DNA from: Candidatus Kuenenia stuttgartensis
Lineage (GTDB): Bacteria; Planctomycetota; UBA11346
Length of the DNA stretch: 64,000 nt
Reading direction: 5' to 3'
Assembly: GCA_945876185.1 (NCBI GenBank)
Contig: CAMCMZ010000002.1
Span: 24,073-88,072, forward strand
A program made the position numbers and the translations under genes. Under the pieces are notes generated by a model. That model did not search any database and was not told the DNA's origin. It worked only from the letters and a program-made list of their open reading frames with translations. Each line of letters begins with the position of its first letter. Within the stretch, counting starts at the first letter, position 1. This document shows, piece by piece, positions 49,251 through 59,044 of this stretch.

Positions 49251-51491
49251 ATGTCGACCCACCTCACCCGTCTGCTGCCCACCTGCGCCCTGATCGCGCT
49301 GTCCCCCGCCCTGTCCCCCACCCAAGTCCAGGCCGTCGAACACGACGGTCCGCAGACAACGGCCTGGCCGCTCCTGGTGCATGAGTACCAGGACGACGGC
49401 AGCGAGCGCACCATGGCCATGTTCTACCTCTACCATCAGGTCACCGATGCCCAGGGCGAGACGCGATCGTTCGGCGTCGGGCCGTACCTGCACAACCGCG
49501 ACCTGACCGCGGTGATGCCGTTCTGGTGGCGCTTCGGCCCCGAGGGCGCGAAGAGCACCTGGTTCTTGCCGCTCTGGATGCAGGGGCCGGGCTACGCCGG
49601 TGCGCCGCTCGCGCTGTCGGGCACCTGGCAGCGCGACGGCGGCGGCACGGCGCGGTGGGTCACGCCGTTCTTCCACGCCAATCGCCGTGCGAACGGCACG
49701 CTGGAGGACCTCCACGCGTTGAACTACCTGCAAGGCCAGGACTGGTGGTGCCTCGCGCCGCTCGCCTGGCAGAACGGTGCGCCGGGCCGCAAGCACACCT
49801 ACGTCCTGCCGCCGGTGTACTTTGACGGGCCGGACTGGTGGGCCGCACCGCCGCTGCTGTCAGGTGGTTGGAAGGATCGCGACGGCAGCCGTTCGACCTG
49901 GGTGACGCCGCTCTTCCATCACCGCCGTGAGGCCAATGGCGACAGCGCATTCCATGTCGCGACCTTCTATAAGGACAACGAAGGTTGGCTCATGTTTCCG
50001 TTCGCATGGAACTACGGAGACAGCGCCGCCGCGCTGCCCTTTTGGGTCCAGGGTCCGCGCGGCTGGGGCATTCCGGGAATCTTGACCGCCCACTGGCAGA
50101 CGCGCACCGGCGGCACCCAGACCTGGGTCACGCCGCTCGTCCACGTCAGCGCTGACGCCCATGGAAATATCGAGAACTGGCATGCCTTCCCGTGGTTTCA
50201 GGGCAAGGACTGGGGCACGCTCTTCCCGCTCGTCTGGTATCGCACCGGCAATGACGGCACCCGCTTCGAGGTCCTGCCGGCCTGGTTCCACGGCCCGGAC
50301 TACGATGTGGTGCCGCTGGCGCTCAGCGCCTGGTGGAAGCGCGACGATGGCGGCAGTTCGACCTGGGTCACGCCGCTCTACCACCACGATCGCAACGCCC
50401 AGGGTCGGATCACCAACTGGCATGCGCTGACGGCCTTCAGCACCGACCAGAGCCGTGGCTTCCTGCCGCTGTTTTACCAGCACGACACCGCCCAGGGCAG
50501 CCACCTGACGGTGCTGCCGCCACTCTATTTCCAGGGCCCGGACTACAAACTGGCCCCGATCCCCTTCGTCGGCCAATGGCAGAACCACGCTGGCGGGCGC
50601 AGCACCTGGGTCACGCCGCTCTTCCACCACCGCACGGATGCCGCTGGTGCCACCACCGACTGGCACCTGGGGCCTTACGTCAGCATCGGCGACAACCAGT
50701 TCTGCCTGCCCTACTACGCCTTCGGCCCGGCCAACGACCGCAGGCGCGGCGTCCTGCCCCTGTATTACCAGGGCAAGGATTACTGCGTGGTGGCACCGTT
50801 CTACTTCCAGGGGAAATCGGACTGGATCGCGCCACCGCTGCTGTCGGGCAAGTGGACCGACGACCAGGGCCACGAAACCACGCTGTGGACGCCGTTTTTC
50901 CATCACACGACCGCGCAGGGGAAGACGCTGCACGCGCATCTGCTGAACTACGTGCAGACGCCGGAGGTGGAGACCGCCTTCCCGATCTACTGGGCCTGGG
51001 GAAAAGCGGATGAGCGGAAGACGTTGGTCGCGCCGTTCTATTTCCAAAGCCGCGCCAGCGACGGCAGCGTCAGCCGGGTAGTGCCGCCTGCGCTCTTCCA
51101 GTACCGGGAAGCGAAGACGCTCGACGATTCATTCCTCGGCCAGTGCGTGCCGTTCCGTTATCAGACCGCCGACAACGGCAGCGAGCTCAATCTGCTCTGG
51201 CGCATGTACCATCACCGGCAGCAGCCGGGCAGGAGCGAGCAGACCTTCGGCGAACTACTGTGGTCGCACGAACGCCGGCCCGACGCGCCGCTGCAATGGA
51301 GCGTGCTCGGCGGCCTGTTCGGCCGCTTCTGCAACTACGAATCCGGCACCAGCCGGATCTACGCCCTGTACGGCCTGATCCAAGGTGGACGTTCGCATTT
51401 CACGCCAAAATCCACGAATCCCAACACCAGTCCGCACACCGTCGCCGCCGTCCTGCCACACCAATCCGCCTCTGCACCCACCACCAAGTGA
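49251..51491 (+). CDS. Secreted Trp/Pro/His-rich repeat protein of unknown function
   Basis: GGAGG RBS, signal peptide, six ~80-aa repeats with W-V-T-P-[LF]-[FYV]-H core. Confidence 0.85.
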   Translation: MSTHLTRLLPTCALIALSPALSPTQVQAVEHDGPQTTAWPLLVHEYQDDGSERTMAMFYLYHQVTDAQGETRSFGVGPYLHNRDLTAVMPFWWRFGPEGAKSTWFLPLWMQGPGYAGAPLALSGTWQRDGGGTARWVTPFFHANRRANGTLEDLHALNYLQGQDWWCLAPLAWQNGAPGRKHTYVLPPVYFDGPDWWAAPPLLSGGWKDRDGSRSTWVTPLFHHRREANGDSAFHVATFYKDNEGWLMFPFAWNYGDSAAALPFWVQGPRGWGIPGILTAHWQTRTGGTQTWVTPLVHVSADAHGNIENWHAFPWFQGKDWGTLFPLVWYRTGNDGTRFEVLPAWFHGPDYDVVPLALSAWWKRDDGGSSTWVTPLYHHDRNAQGRITNWHALTAFSTDQSRGFLPLFYQHDTAQGSHLTVLPPLYFQGPDYKLAPIPFVGQWQNHAGGRSTWVTPLFHHRTDAAGATTDWHLGPYVSIGDNQFCLPYYAFGPANDRRRGVLPLYYQGKDYCVVAPFYFQGKSDWIAPPLLSGKWTDDQGHETTLWTPFFHHTTAQGKTLHAHLLNYVQTPEVETAFPIYWAWGKADERKTLVAPFYFQSRASDGSVSRVVPPALFQYREAKTLDDSFLGQCVPFRYQTADNGSELNLLWRMYHHRQQPGRSEQTFGELLWSHERRPDAPLQWSVLGGLFGRFCNYESGTSRIYALYGLIQGGRSHFTPKSTNPNTSPHTVAAVLPHQSASAPTTK

Positions 51492-51499
51492 GTCCCACC

Positions 51500-52090
51500 A
51501 TGCTTCGTCCCATCGTCGCGATCGTCATGCTGCTTTCCCTCACCTGCGCCACCGGCTGCACCAGCCGCCACGCGGATCCGGCCACGCCGTCGTCGCACGC
51601 AGCGGCATCCGCTGCGCTGGGATCGACCGGACAGGTGCGACCACCGACGCACCTCGACCGCGCCGTGGCGATCCTGGAAGAGCACTTGGGCGGGGCTGAC
51701 CCGGCCCTGGTGCCGCTGCTCGATTGCCGGATGCGCCTGTGCGCCAGCGCTGCGCAGTGGCCAAGCGCCTCGGCCGATGGCGAGCGCATCCTCGCCATTC
51801 TCGCACTGAGCGGCGGCACCGATCGCCAGGACTACGTCGCCGTGCTGAACGGGGTCATCGCCCTGCACGCGCAGGCCGGCGACCTGATCCGCGCCATCGC
51901 CCGCGCCCGGGAATCCGCCGCCATCATTGCGCGGGTGCTCGGCCCGGCCGATCCGAATCTCGCTGTGGCGCAGCGTAACCTCGCCGGGCTGCTGCGCCGC
52001 ACCGGGGTCGAGCTCGACCGCCTTGAGGCTGATCGCATCGACCCGCGCGTGGCGACGGTGCCACCGATGTTGCAACCTTCGACGCCGTGA
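51500..52090 (+). CDS. TPR-like lipoprotein
   Basis: Lipobox ATGC; LG..DP repeats of kinesin-light-chain-type TPR. Confidence 0.7.
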   Translation: MLRPIVAIVMLLSLTCATGCTSRHADPATPSSHAAASAALGSTGQVRPPTHLDRAVAILEEHLGGADPALVPLLDCRMRLCASAAQWPSASADGERILAILALSGGTDRQDYVAVLNGVIALHAQAGDLIRAIARARESAAIIARVLGPADPNLAVAQRNLAGLLRRTGVELDRLEADRIDPRVATVPPMLQPSTP

Positions 52091-52143
52091 AACGACGCGC
52101 ATCCAGGCGTTCCACCTGATGGGGAATGCCGCATGCTCACGGC

Positions 52144-52698
52144 ATGAAACTCCGCCGGTTCCTGCTCCTGGCCGCGCCATTGGCGGTGGTCGCCGCCATC
52201 CTGATGCCGGGCTGCTCTGCGGCGCGGCCCATGCCCACGGTGCCGAAAGTAGACCTCAAGCGCATGGAGGGCACCTGGTACGTCATCACCCACATCTCGT
52301 ATTGGCTGGAAGAAGGCAAGGTCGCCACCGCCGACCGCTACCGCCTGCGTGAAGACGGCCGGATGGACAACACCTACGTCTTCCGACGCGGGACGTTCGA
52401 CGCCCCGGAAGAGGAATGGCACGGCGTCGCCTGGGTCCACAACGCGCAGACCAATGCGCATTGGAAGGTGCGCTTCCTCTGGCCGTTCTCGATCGACTAC
52501 CTGATCATCGACCTCGACCCGGATTATCGCTGGCTCGCAGTCGGGCATCCGTCGCGTGACTACTTCTGGATCCTCTGCCGTGAACGTCGGCTCGACGCCC
52601 AGGTGAAGGCCGGCATCGTCGCGCGGGCCGTGGCGCAGGGCTACGACGCCAGCCGCTTCGCGGATGTGCCGCAGCCGACTGAACCGGCAGCAAAGTGA
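52144..52698 (+). CDS. Bacterial lipocalin (Blc-like) lipoprotein
   Basis: Lipobox MPGC; VDLKRMEGTWY, V.FLWPF..DY.I, DY...VG.PSR.Y.WIL.R. Confidence 0.92.
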   Translation: MKLRRFLLLAAPLAVVAAILMPGCSAARPMPTVPKVDLKRMEGTWYVITHISYWLEEGKVATADRYRLREDGRMDNTYVFRRGTFDAPEEEWHGVAWVHNAQTNAHWKVRFLWPFSIDYLIIDLDPDYRWLAVGHPSRDYFWILCRERRLDAQVKAGIVARAVAQGYDASRFADVPQPTEPAAK

Positions 52699-52734
52699 AG
52701 TTCGGCCGATTGGCAGCAATCGAAGAACCCGACC

Positions 52735-53376
52735 TCAGCCGAACAATCGACGGATCAGCCATTCCGTGAGAAAAAACACCACCCCGACCGCGATCGCCCC
52801 GATGGCGGCGTGGACCACCGCGATCCAGAGCGCGTGCAGCGCCTGCCCTTGGCAATAGCGGACATTGACCAGGGCCATGCGCAGTCCTTGGCGGAGCAGG
52901 AAATACAAGGGCACCCAGATCACGAACATGGTGAACCCGAGCAGATTCACGCCCAGCCAGGCCAGTCCGATGACCAGCAAGATGAGGACGATGGCCACCA
53001 GGATGCCGAGCAGGAATGCCAGGATGCCACCGATGAGGTCATCGCCGAAATCGAAATCGGGCGTCGGGATCTGTCCCAGATTGACGCCGGATTCCGCGAT
53101 GGATTCACAGGTCTCGCGCCAGGAAACGCCCTTCCAGCTCCAGCGCACGACGCCGTTGTCATAACGGACACCCCGGTAGAGCATCACGAAGTAGTAGACC
53201 GCCAGGGCCAGGAAGACGAAACCTGATCCGACCAGCGATTCCTTGAGCACCGATTTGTGGACGCCGAGTCCGATCGCGACGAGCCCGATGACCAGGGCGA
53301 AGACGAGCACCACGATGTGGCTGCTCAACGAGATGCGCGGGATGAAATAGGTGCGGAATTTCATGGGGTTATTCAT
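52735..53376 (-). CDS. Hypothetical membrane protein
   Basis: Multiple TM segments; start uncertain (53376 or 53364). Confidence 0.7.
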   Translation of the reverse strand: MNNPMKFRTYFIPRISLSSHIVVLVFALVIGLVAIGLGVHKSVLKESLVGSGFVFLALAVYYFVMLYRGVRYDNGVVRWSWKGVSWRETCESIAESGVNLGQIPTPDFDFGDDLIGGILAFLLGILVAIVLILLVIGLAWLGVNLLGFTMFVIWVPLYFLLRQGLRMALVNVRYCQGQALHALWIAVVHAAIGAIAVGVVFFLTEWLIRRLFG

Positions 53377-53398
53377 GCGTTGGTGATTCCCGTCGGGG

Positions 53399-54178
53399 TC
53401 AGAAGAACGATGGGCCGGTCGGTTCGGATTCAGAGTCATCGTCCGCCGCATCGATTGCGGCGGTGGGTTTCGCACCGCCAATCAGTGCAAGTTCGCCCCG
53501 GCGCGGCGTGCGCGCGAGGCAGCACAGCAGCACCTGCAGGGCGCCGGCTGCACGCAGCGCCTTGGCGGCGGCGCTGGCGGTGGCGCCACTGGTGACGAGA
53601 TCGTCGACCAGGACGACGGTTCCGGTCAGGCTTTCGCGACAGCGGAAGAGATCCGCGACGTTGCGCTCGCGGTCGGTGGCGGACAGCGCGTGCTGCTCGG
53701 CCGGGAAGCGGGTGGCGACGAGCAATCCCGGTCGGCAGGGCAGGCGGTGCCGCCGCGCCAATCGGCGCGCGAGTCCGGTTGCCAGGTGCGGGCCGGGTCG
53801 GCGGCCCGGTGCGGGTGGGATCGGAACCACCAGGTTGGGCGGTTCATCGTCCTGGTAGAATGCAGCTAATCCGGGCAGCAATCCGGCCAGCACCCGCGCG
53901 GCCGCCGGGCGGGCCCCGGCCTTGGCGTCGCCGACCAGGCGCTTCACCGTGCCGGCGTAATGCCAGGTCACCGCGATGGCGGCAATGTGGGTGAAACCAC
54001 GTCCAGCGCAGGCGGAACAGTCAGCTTCAGGATCTTTGCGCGGGGCGCCGCACCACGCGCATGGACTGATGATCGCCGGCAGGGACGCGAAGCAGGCCGG
54101 ACACAGGTCGGGCCCGGCGGCGAGGTGGCAGCCGGGGCAGACGCTGGGCAGCAAGAGATCAAGAACGGCGGACCACAT
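53399..54178 (-). CDS. ComF family (double zinc ribbon + phosphoribosyltransferase) protein
   Basis: CPGC...CPAC...CAWC...CSAC; LVDDLVTSGAT. Confidence 0.9.
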   Translation of the reverse strand: MWSAVLDLLLPSVCPGCHLAAGPDLCPACFASLPAIISPCAWCGAPRKDPEADCSACAGRGFTHIAAIAVTWHYAGTVKRLVGDAKAGARPAAARVLAGLLPGLAAFYQDDEPPNLVVPIPPAPGRRPGPHLATGLARRLARRHRLPCRPGLLVATRFPAEQHALSATDRERNVADLFRCRESLTGTVVLVDDLVTSGATASAAAKALRAAGALQVLLCCLARTPRRGELALIGGAKPTAAIDAADDDSESEPTGPSFF

Positions 54179-54185
54179 CGCCGGT

Positions 54186-55160
54186 TCAGGCGACGGGTTG
54201 GCCGGGCGTAGCGGATTCAGCGGCGATCGGGCCTGGCCCGACCGGAGTCGCCGCGCTGGTGAGATCGCGGAAGACGTCTTCCAAGCTGCGGCGTTCCTCG
54301 ACCAGTTCACGCAGACCGCCGGCGGATTCGGCGGCGGCGATGAGGTCGGCGCGCCGTTCGATCGCGGCCTCGACCACGACGCTGTCGCCGTCGAGCACGG
54401 CTGCCCAGCCTTCGGCGGCGAGGCGATCGGCGAAGAGTTCGGGCGAGCCGGCACGCAGGCGCACGCGCACCCGGCCTGCGCGTGCGGCGCGGGCGCGCAG
54501 GGCCTCGACCGGTTCGTCGGCGATGGTGCGGCCGCGATGGACGACGACGACGCGTGAACAGACCGCCTCGACCTCGCCCAGGATGTGGGTCGAGAGCAGG
54601 ATGGTGTGGCGGCCGGCGAGCGAACGCAGCAGGTCGCGGAAGTTGGCGACCTGGGTCGGGTCGAGGCCGTTGGTCGGTTCGTCGAGGATGATGAGCGGCG
54701 GGCGCGCGAGGAGCGCCTGGGCGAGGCCGACGCGCTGGCGGTTGCCTTTCGACAGTTTGCGGATGTGGCGGGTGGCCTGTTCTTTCAGCCACGCGGCCTC
54801 GATGGATTCGAGCACCGCGCGGCGGCGTTCGGCGGCCGGGATGCCCTTCAGACGCGCGACGTGGTCGAGATACGCGTCAACGCGCATATCGAGGTACAGC
54901 GGCAGCTCTTCCGGGAGATAGCCGATCGCACGGCGGCAGGCGAGGGGGTCTGCGACCAGGTCGTGGCCGCACACCGTCGCCGAGCCGCCGCCGGGGGCGA
55001 GGAAGCCGGTGAGGATCTTCATCGTGGTCGACTTGCCCGCGCCGTTGGGGCCGAGAAATCCCACGATTTCGCCAGCATTCAGAGTGAACGACACGTCGTG
55101 CAGGGCGGCGAACGTGCCGAAGTGCTTGCTCAGGCTGCGGGCCTCGAGGACGGCACCCAT
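54186..55160 (-). CDS. ABC-2 type transporter ATP-binding protein
   Basis: GPNGAGKST, LSKGNRQRVG, ILDEPT.GLDP, LSTHIL. Confidence 0.93.
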   Translation of the reverse strand: MGAVLEARSLSKHFGTFAALHDVSFTLNAGEIVGFLGPNGAGKSTTMKILTGFLAPGGGSATVCGHDLVADPLACRRAIGYLPEELPLYLDMRVDAYLDHVARLKGIPAAERRRAVLESIEAAWLKEQATRHIRKLSKGNRQRVGLAQALLARPPLIILDEPTNGLDPTQVANFRDLLRSLAGRHTILLSTHILGEVEAVCSRVVVVHRGRTIADEPVEALRARAARAGRVRVRLRAGSPELFADRLAAEGWAAVLDGDSVVVEAAIERRADLIAAAESAGGLRELVEERRSLEDVFRDLTSAATPVGPGPIAAESATPGQPVA

Positions 55161-56081
55161 TCAGGATTTCCGCACCGGCGGCGTGCGGCCGAGGACACCG
55201 AGCACGGTCTTGAGGTCATCCCAGCACGGCTTCTTCGCCGTAGGATTGCGCAGTAGATACGCGGGATGGTAGGTCGGGATCACCACCGTGCCGCGCCAGT
55301 CAAGGCGCCGGCCGCGCACGGTGGTGATGCCGCCGATGTCGGGACCGAACAGGGCTTTCAACGGCACGTTGCCGAGGGTGCAGATGACCTTGGGTTTGAG
55401 CAGCGCGAGTTGCCGGTGCAGGAAGGGGATGCAGCAGACGACCTCTTCCGGGGTCGGCGCTCGGTTCGGGGTGTCTTCGCCGGGTGGATGGCATTTCACG
55501 GTGTTGCAGATGAAGACGTCGCTGCGCGCGAAGCCCATGCCGGAGATCATCGCGGTCAGCAGTTCACCGGCGCGGCCGACGAAGGGGCGACCCGCTTCGT
55601 CTTCATCGACGCCGGGGCCTTCACCGATGAAGACGAGTTCGGGCTGGGGATTGCCCTCGCCGGGCACCGTGTTGCGGCGGATGGCGTGGAGCGGGCAGCG
55701 GGTGCAGGCCTTCACCTCGGCCGCGATGCGGTCGAGGGAATCGTCAGCGAGGACGGCAGGCGCGGGGGCAACGACGGGGGATGCGACCTCTGCCACGCGG
55801 GTATCAGGATGGCGCTCGCCAGTGGAATAAGCGGAAAAACCTTGGGGCACTGCGGTGGTCGTGGCTGAAACCGCCGTGCGAGCCGCCGGTGTGGGGGCGG
55901 CCAGTGGAAGGGCGACCAGCGCGGGGGCTGACGGTACCGCAGCGACCGGAAGCGACCGGGACACCGCCGGAACCGGCGATGCGGTCGGCACGGTGGCGCG
56001 GCCGAGGTACTCGACCCCGCTCGCGCGTTCGAGTTCAATGAGTTCGCGCACCGCCGCGATCAGTTGGGATCGTTCGTCCAT
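55161..56081 (-). CDS. Uracil-DNA glycosylase family 4
   Basis: C..C.L, GEGPG..ED..G.PFVG.AG, KCHPP, YHPAYLLRNP. Confidence 0.94.
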   Translation of the reverse strand: MDERSQLIAAVRELIELERASGVEYLGRATVPTASPVPAVSRSLPVAAVPSAPALVALPLAAPTPAARTAVSATTTAVPQGFSAYSTGERHPDTRVAEVASPVVAPAPAVLADDSLDRIAAEVKACTRCPLHAIRRNTVPGEGNPQPELVFIGEGPGVDEDEAGRPFVGRAGELLTAMISGMGFARSDVFICNTVKCHPPGEDTPNRAPTPEEVVCCIPFLHRQLALLKPKVICTLGNVPLKALFGPDIGGITTVRGRRLDWRGTVVIPTYHPAYLLRNPTAKKPCWDDLKTVLGVLGRTPPVRKS

Positions 56082-56208
56082 CGCGGGTCATTGAACAGGG
56101 GATGTGGACGCAGCAAGCGACGGTCGCCGACCGCCACCCGGGCGCCCCAAAATCTCATCTGCCGCGTGGGTTGAACAAATCTGCCGCGCTCCTTGGGAAA
56201 CGCAGGGG

Positions 56209-56279
56209 ATGGCCACAAAGAGCCCAAGGATCACACAGGCAGGCTGGCGATTTGTGGCCTTTGTGTTCTTTGTGGCCAT
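56209..56279. repeat. Inverted pair of ATGGCCACAAAG repeats
   Basis: ATGGCCACAAAG... and ...CTTTGTGGCCAT; same family as 15234-15355. Confidence 0.75.
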
Positions 56280-56325
56280 CGACTGTGTTCTTTGGAAGGT
56301 GCCCTGCGACCCGCGCCATCCGACA

Positions 56326-56946
56326 TCACTTCTTCGGTTTCTCGTGGCGCAGATGCCAGCTCGCCATCAAGCCGCCGATCAGGCCACCGAGGTGCATCTG
56401 CCAGCTCATCACCGGGCGTTCCGGGCTGGGCAGGACGAGCCACAGCGCACCGCCGAAGACCACCAGCACCAGCACCGCGACCACGAACGCGCCCAGGCTG
56501 CGGCGCAGGATGCCGTTCGCGATCAGGAAGCCGATCAGGCCGAAGATCACGCCGCTGATGCCGATGTGGACGACGTTGCCGCTGCTGAACACCCAGGCGC
56601 AGGTGCCCGCCCCGAGCATGCTGTAAAAAAAGGCGACCCAGGCCAGGTTGCGGCATTCGACCAGGGCGAAGAAGAGCAGCGGCACCAGGGCGATGGTGTT
56701 GGACAGGATGTGGCCGAACGAGATCCCAAGCAGGTGCGGCGGACCACCGGCCCAAGCGTGGAAAAAATGCGCGGTCAGGATGCCGACCAGACCCCAGGGT
56801 TCATGCGGGCGCACGCCCAGATGCTGCGATGGGCTGTATTGGAAGATCCCTTTGATGGCCAGATCCAGGACAAACACCACCCAGATGAAAACGGTGAACC
56901 CCAGCACCGTGACGATGGGGCTGGGGTCCTGGGTTCGTGCGGCCAC
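56326..56946 (-). CDS. Rhomboid family intramembrane serine protease
   Basis: HILSN, HIGISG.IFG (GxSG), SWQMHLGG. Confidence 0.9.
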   Translation of the reverse strand: MAARTQDPSPIVTVLGFTVFIWVVFVLDLAIKGIFQYSPSQHLGVRPHEPWGLVGILTAHFFHAWAGGPPHLLGISFGHILSNTIALVPLLFFALVECRNLAWVAFFYSMLGAGTCAWVFSSGNVVHIGISGVIFGLIGFLIANGILRRSLGAFVVAVLVLVVFGGALWLVLPSPERPVMSWQMHLGGLIGGLMASWHLRHEKPKK

Positions 56947-56993
56947 TTTGTCAGAATCAGATTCAGATGAAGGATCAGGCCGTCAGCTGAGAA

Positions 56994-57659
56994 TCACTTG
57001 GAGATGACGACGATCTCGACCCGGCGGTTCTTGGCGCGGGCGGCGTCGGTGGTGGCCTTGTCGAGCGAGCGCTGGGCGCCGTAACCGGCGAAGGAGAGGT
57101 TCTTGGAATCAAGGCCGTGCTTATCGAGGTAACGCAGCACCTCTTGGGCGCGACCGCCGGAGAGATCCCAGTTGTCCTCCCACTGGTCCTTGCTGCGGCT
57201 GATCTTCTGGTCGTCGGTGTGGCCTTCGACGCGGACGTAGTGATTGGGGTACTGCTTCTGGATGGTGCCGACAACGCGACCCAGAATGGTCTGGGCATTG
57301 GATGACAGACGAGCCGAACCCGGCTTGAAAAGCACTCCGCTTTCAATCGTGAGGACGATGTCCTTGTCGCGGGTGCCGACTCCGACGTTGGCGCCAACGC
57401 CGATCTCAGTCTTCTTGATGTCCGGGGTAGCCGCTGGGACGGCGTCTATCGCCTTGCCGGCCTCCTCTTTGCCCCGCTTCGCCAACTGCGCTTCCAGATC
57501 CTGCACCTGCTGCCGCAGGGCATCGGCCTCGACCTGCTTGTACTCCAGATCGCGGCTGCTGGTGCAGCCCGAGGCGATCAGGGCGGCGAGGACGGCGGTA
57601 ATGCCGACCACGCGGATGCGGGAGCCGAAGGAGACGGTGGAGGCGGCGGCGTTGGTCAT
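56994..57659 (-). CDS. OmpA/MotB-family lipoprotein
   Basis: Lipobox ASGC; VEGHTD, NWDLS..RA, GYG, NRRVEI. Confidence 0.9.
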   Translation of the reverse strand: MTNAAASTVSFGSRIRVVGITAVLAALIASGCTSSRDLEYKQVEADALRQQVQDLEAQLAKRGKEEAGKAIDAVPAATPDIKKTEIGVGANVGVGTRDKDIVLTIESGVLFKPGSARLSSNAQTILGRVVGTIQKQYPNHYVRVEGHTDDQKISRSKDQWEDNWDLSGGRAQEVLRYLDKHGLDSKNLSFAGYGAQRSLDKATTDAARAKNRRVEIVVISK

Positions 57660-57820
57660 AGGCCGGGCATATAAGCGCGTTGCCAGGTTTCCGCAAGATT
57701 CAGTCCAGCGTTCGCGGATCCGGCGACCGTTGCAGCCGAGCGACGCGGCGGGCGCTTGCGGGACGCAACGGCCACGCTGGTCCTTGCTGGTGCTGCGACC
57801 GGAAGCACGCTCGCCGCCCC

Positions 57821-59044
57821 ATGCATCGCCTCGTCCTCGTATTCGCCCTCGTCGCTGCGGTCTGGACCGGCGAGGCCGGCGGGCCGAAGGTTCCGGCCGA
57901 GGACGACGTCGAGGTCGACCAGAAAACGGAAGATACCGAACGCGTCGAATATGCGCTGATCTATCAGTGGCGGCGGCTGCATCCGCCGACGCCAGCCATC
58001 GATGCCGCAGCGGTGCGCTGGCTGGGACAGGCCCGCAATCTGCTGAACTGGAAGCGTGCCGGGGCAAAGGGGTCCGAACCCGACACCTCGCTCGAACCGT
58101 TCGCCTTCTGGCGCGGCCCGTTCGACGACCGCCGGCGTGCGGCGTGGATGGCGCTCGACGCGGTCGACGAATACCCGGCTTCATCGCTAGCACCGGAACT
58201 GATCCACCTCGCGTTGGAAGCCTACTGCGACCTGCGCGAGGCCTACGAGGTCCGTCGTCTGCTGGTGCGCTTGTGGTACGCCTATCCCGAGCATCCGCGC
58301 ATGGGCGAGGCCATGCGTCAGGCGCTGGAGGTGGCGAACCAGGTGCAGGCCTTCGAGAGCAAGGTCGACCTGGACGCCAGCGAGCCATCGAAGGTGATCC
58401 GGATCGACGGCAGCGGTTACGCCACCGACCTCAACCGGCTCTACCGCTTCCTCGCCCGCTATGGCGATCGCGAAAACGTCGCGCCGCAAGCGGCGCTCGG
58501 CACGGCACGCAGCTACCTGATCCTGGCCGCAGGCAGTTCGCTCGGCAGCGCCCGCACCGAGGTCTTCGATGCGCGTCGCACCTACGACCAGCTGCTCTAC
58601 GACCATCCCACCCATCCGCTGGTGTTCGCCGTGCTGTGCGAGCAGGTGCTCAGCCACCTGCTGGTCTACAAGGGTGATGAATATGATGTGGGCGCGCTGA
58701 TCTCTGCCGCCATGATTATCGATCAGGCGGAACAGGAGGCCCGTGGCGACCAGACCAAGGTCGCACACGTCCAGCGCCTGCGGGCGCGCATCCGTGGCTG
58801 GCACCAGGACCGCGACCTTCAGGTGGCGCGCTGGTATGCCAGCAAGCGCGGCCTGGAAGGCCTGTTCGGCACGCCCGACGGGCTCAAGGACTGGCTTGAT
58901 GGCGCGCGCTACTACTACCGTGAGGTCATCCGCCGCGATCCGGTGTCGGCGCAGGGCCGCGTCGCCGAACGTGAACTCGCCGCCCTGCCGGTGCGCAAGC
59001 TCGCGCCGCTGGCGCCGCTGCCGGTGGATGGGGTCGGCAAGTGA
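57821..59044 (+). CDS. TPR protein, BamD/ComL-like
   Basis: Signal peptide; helical repeats; C-terminal RDLQVARWY...ARYYYREVI...A..EL. Confidence 0.65.
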   Translation: MHRLVLVFALVAAVWTGEAGGPKVPAEDDVEVDQKTEDTERVEYALIYQWRRLHPPTPAIDAAAVRWLGQARNLLNWKRAGAKGSEPDTSLEPFAFWRGPFDDRRRAAWMALDAVDEYPASSLAPELIHLALEAYCDLREAYEVRRLLVRLWYAYPEHPRMGEAMRQALEVANQVQAFESKVDLDASEPSKVIRIDGSGYATDLNRLYRFLARYGDRENVAPQAALGTARSYLILAAGSSLGSARTEVFDARRTYDQLLYDHPTHPLVFAVLCEQVLSHLLVYKGDEYDVGALISAAMIIDQAEQEARGDQTKVAHVQRLRARIRGWHQDRDLQVARWYASKRGLEGLFGTPDGLKDWLDGARYYYREVIRRDPVSAQGRVAERELAALPVRKLAPLAPLPVDGVGK

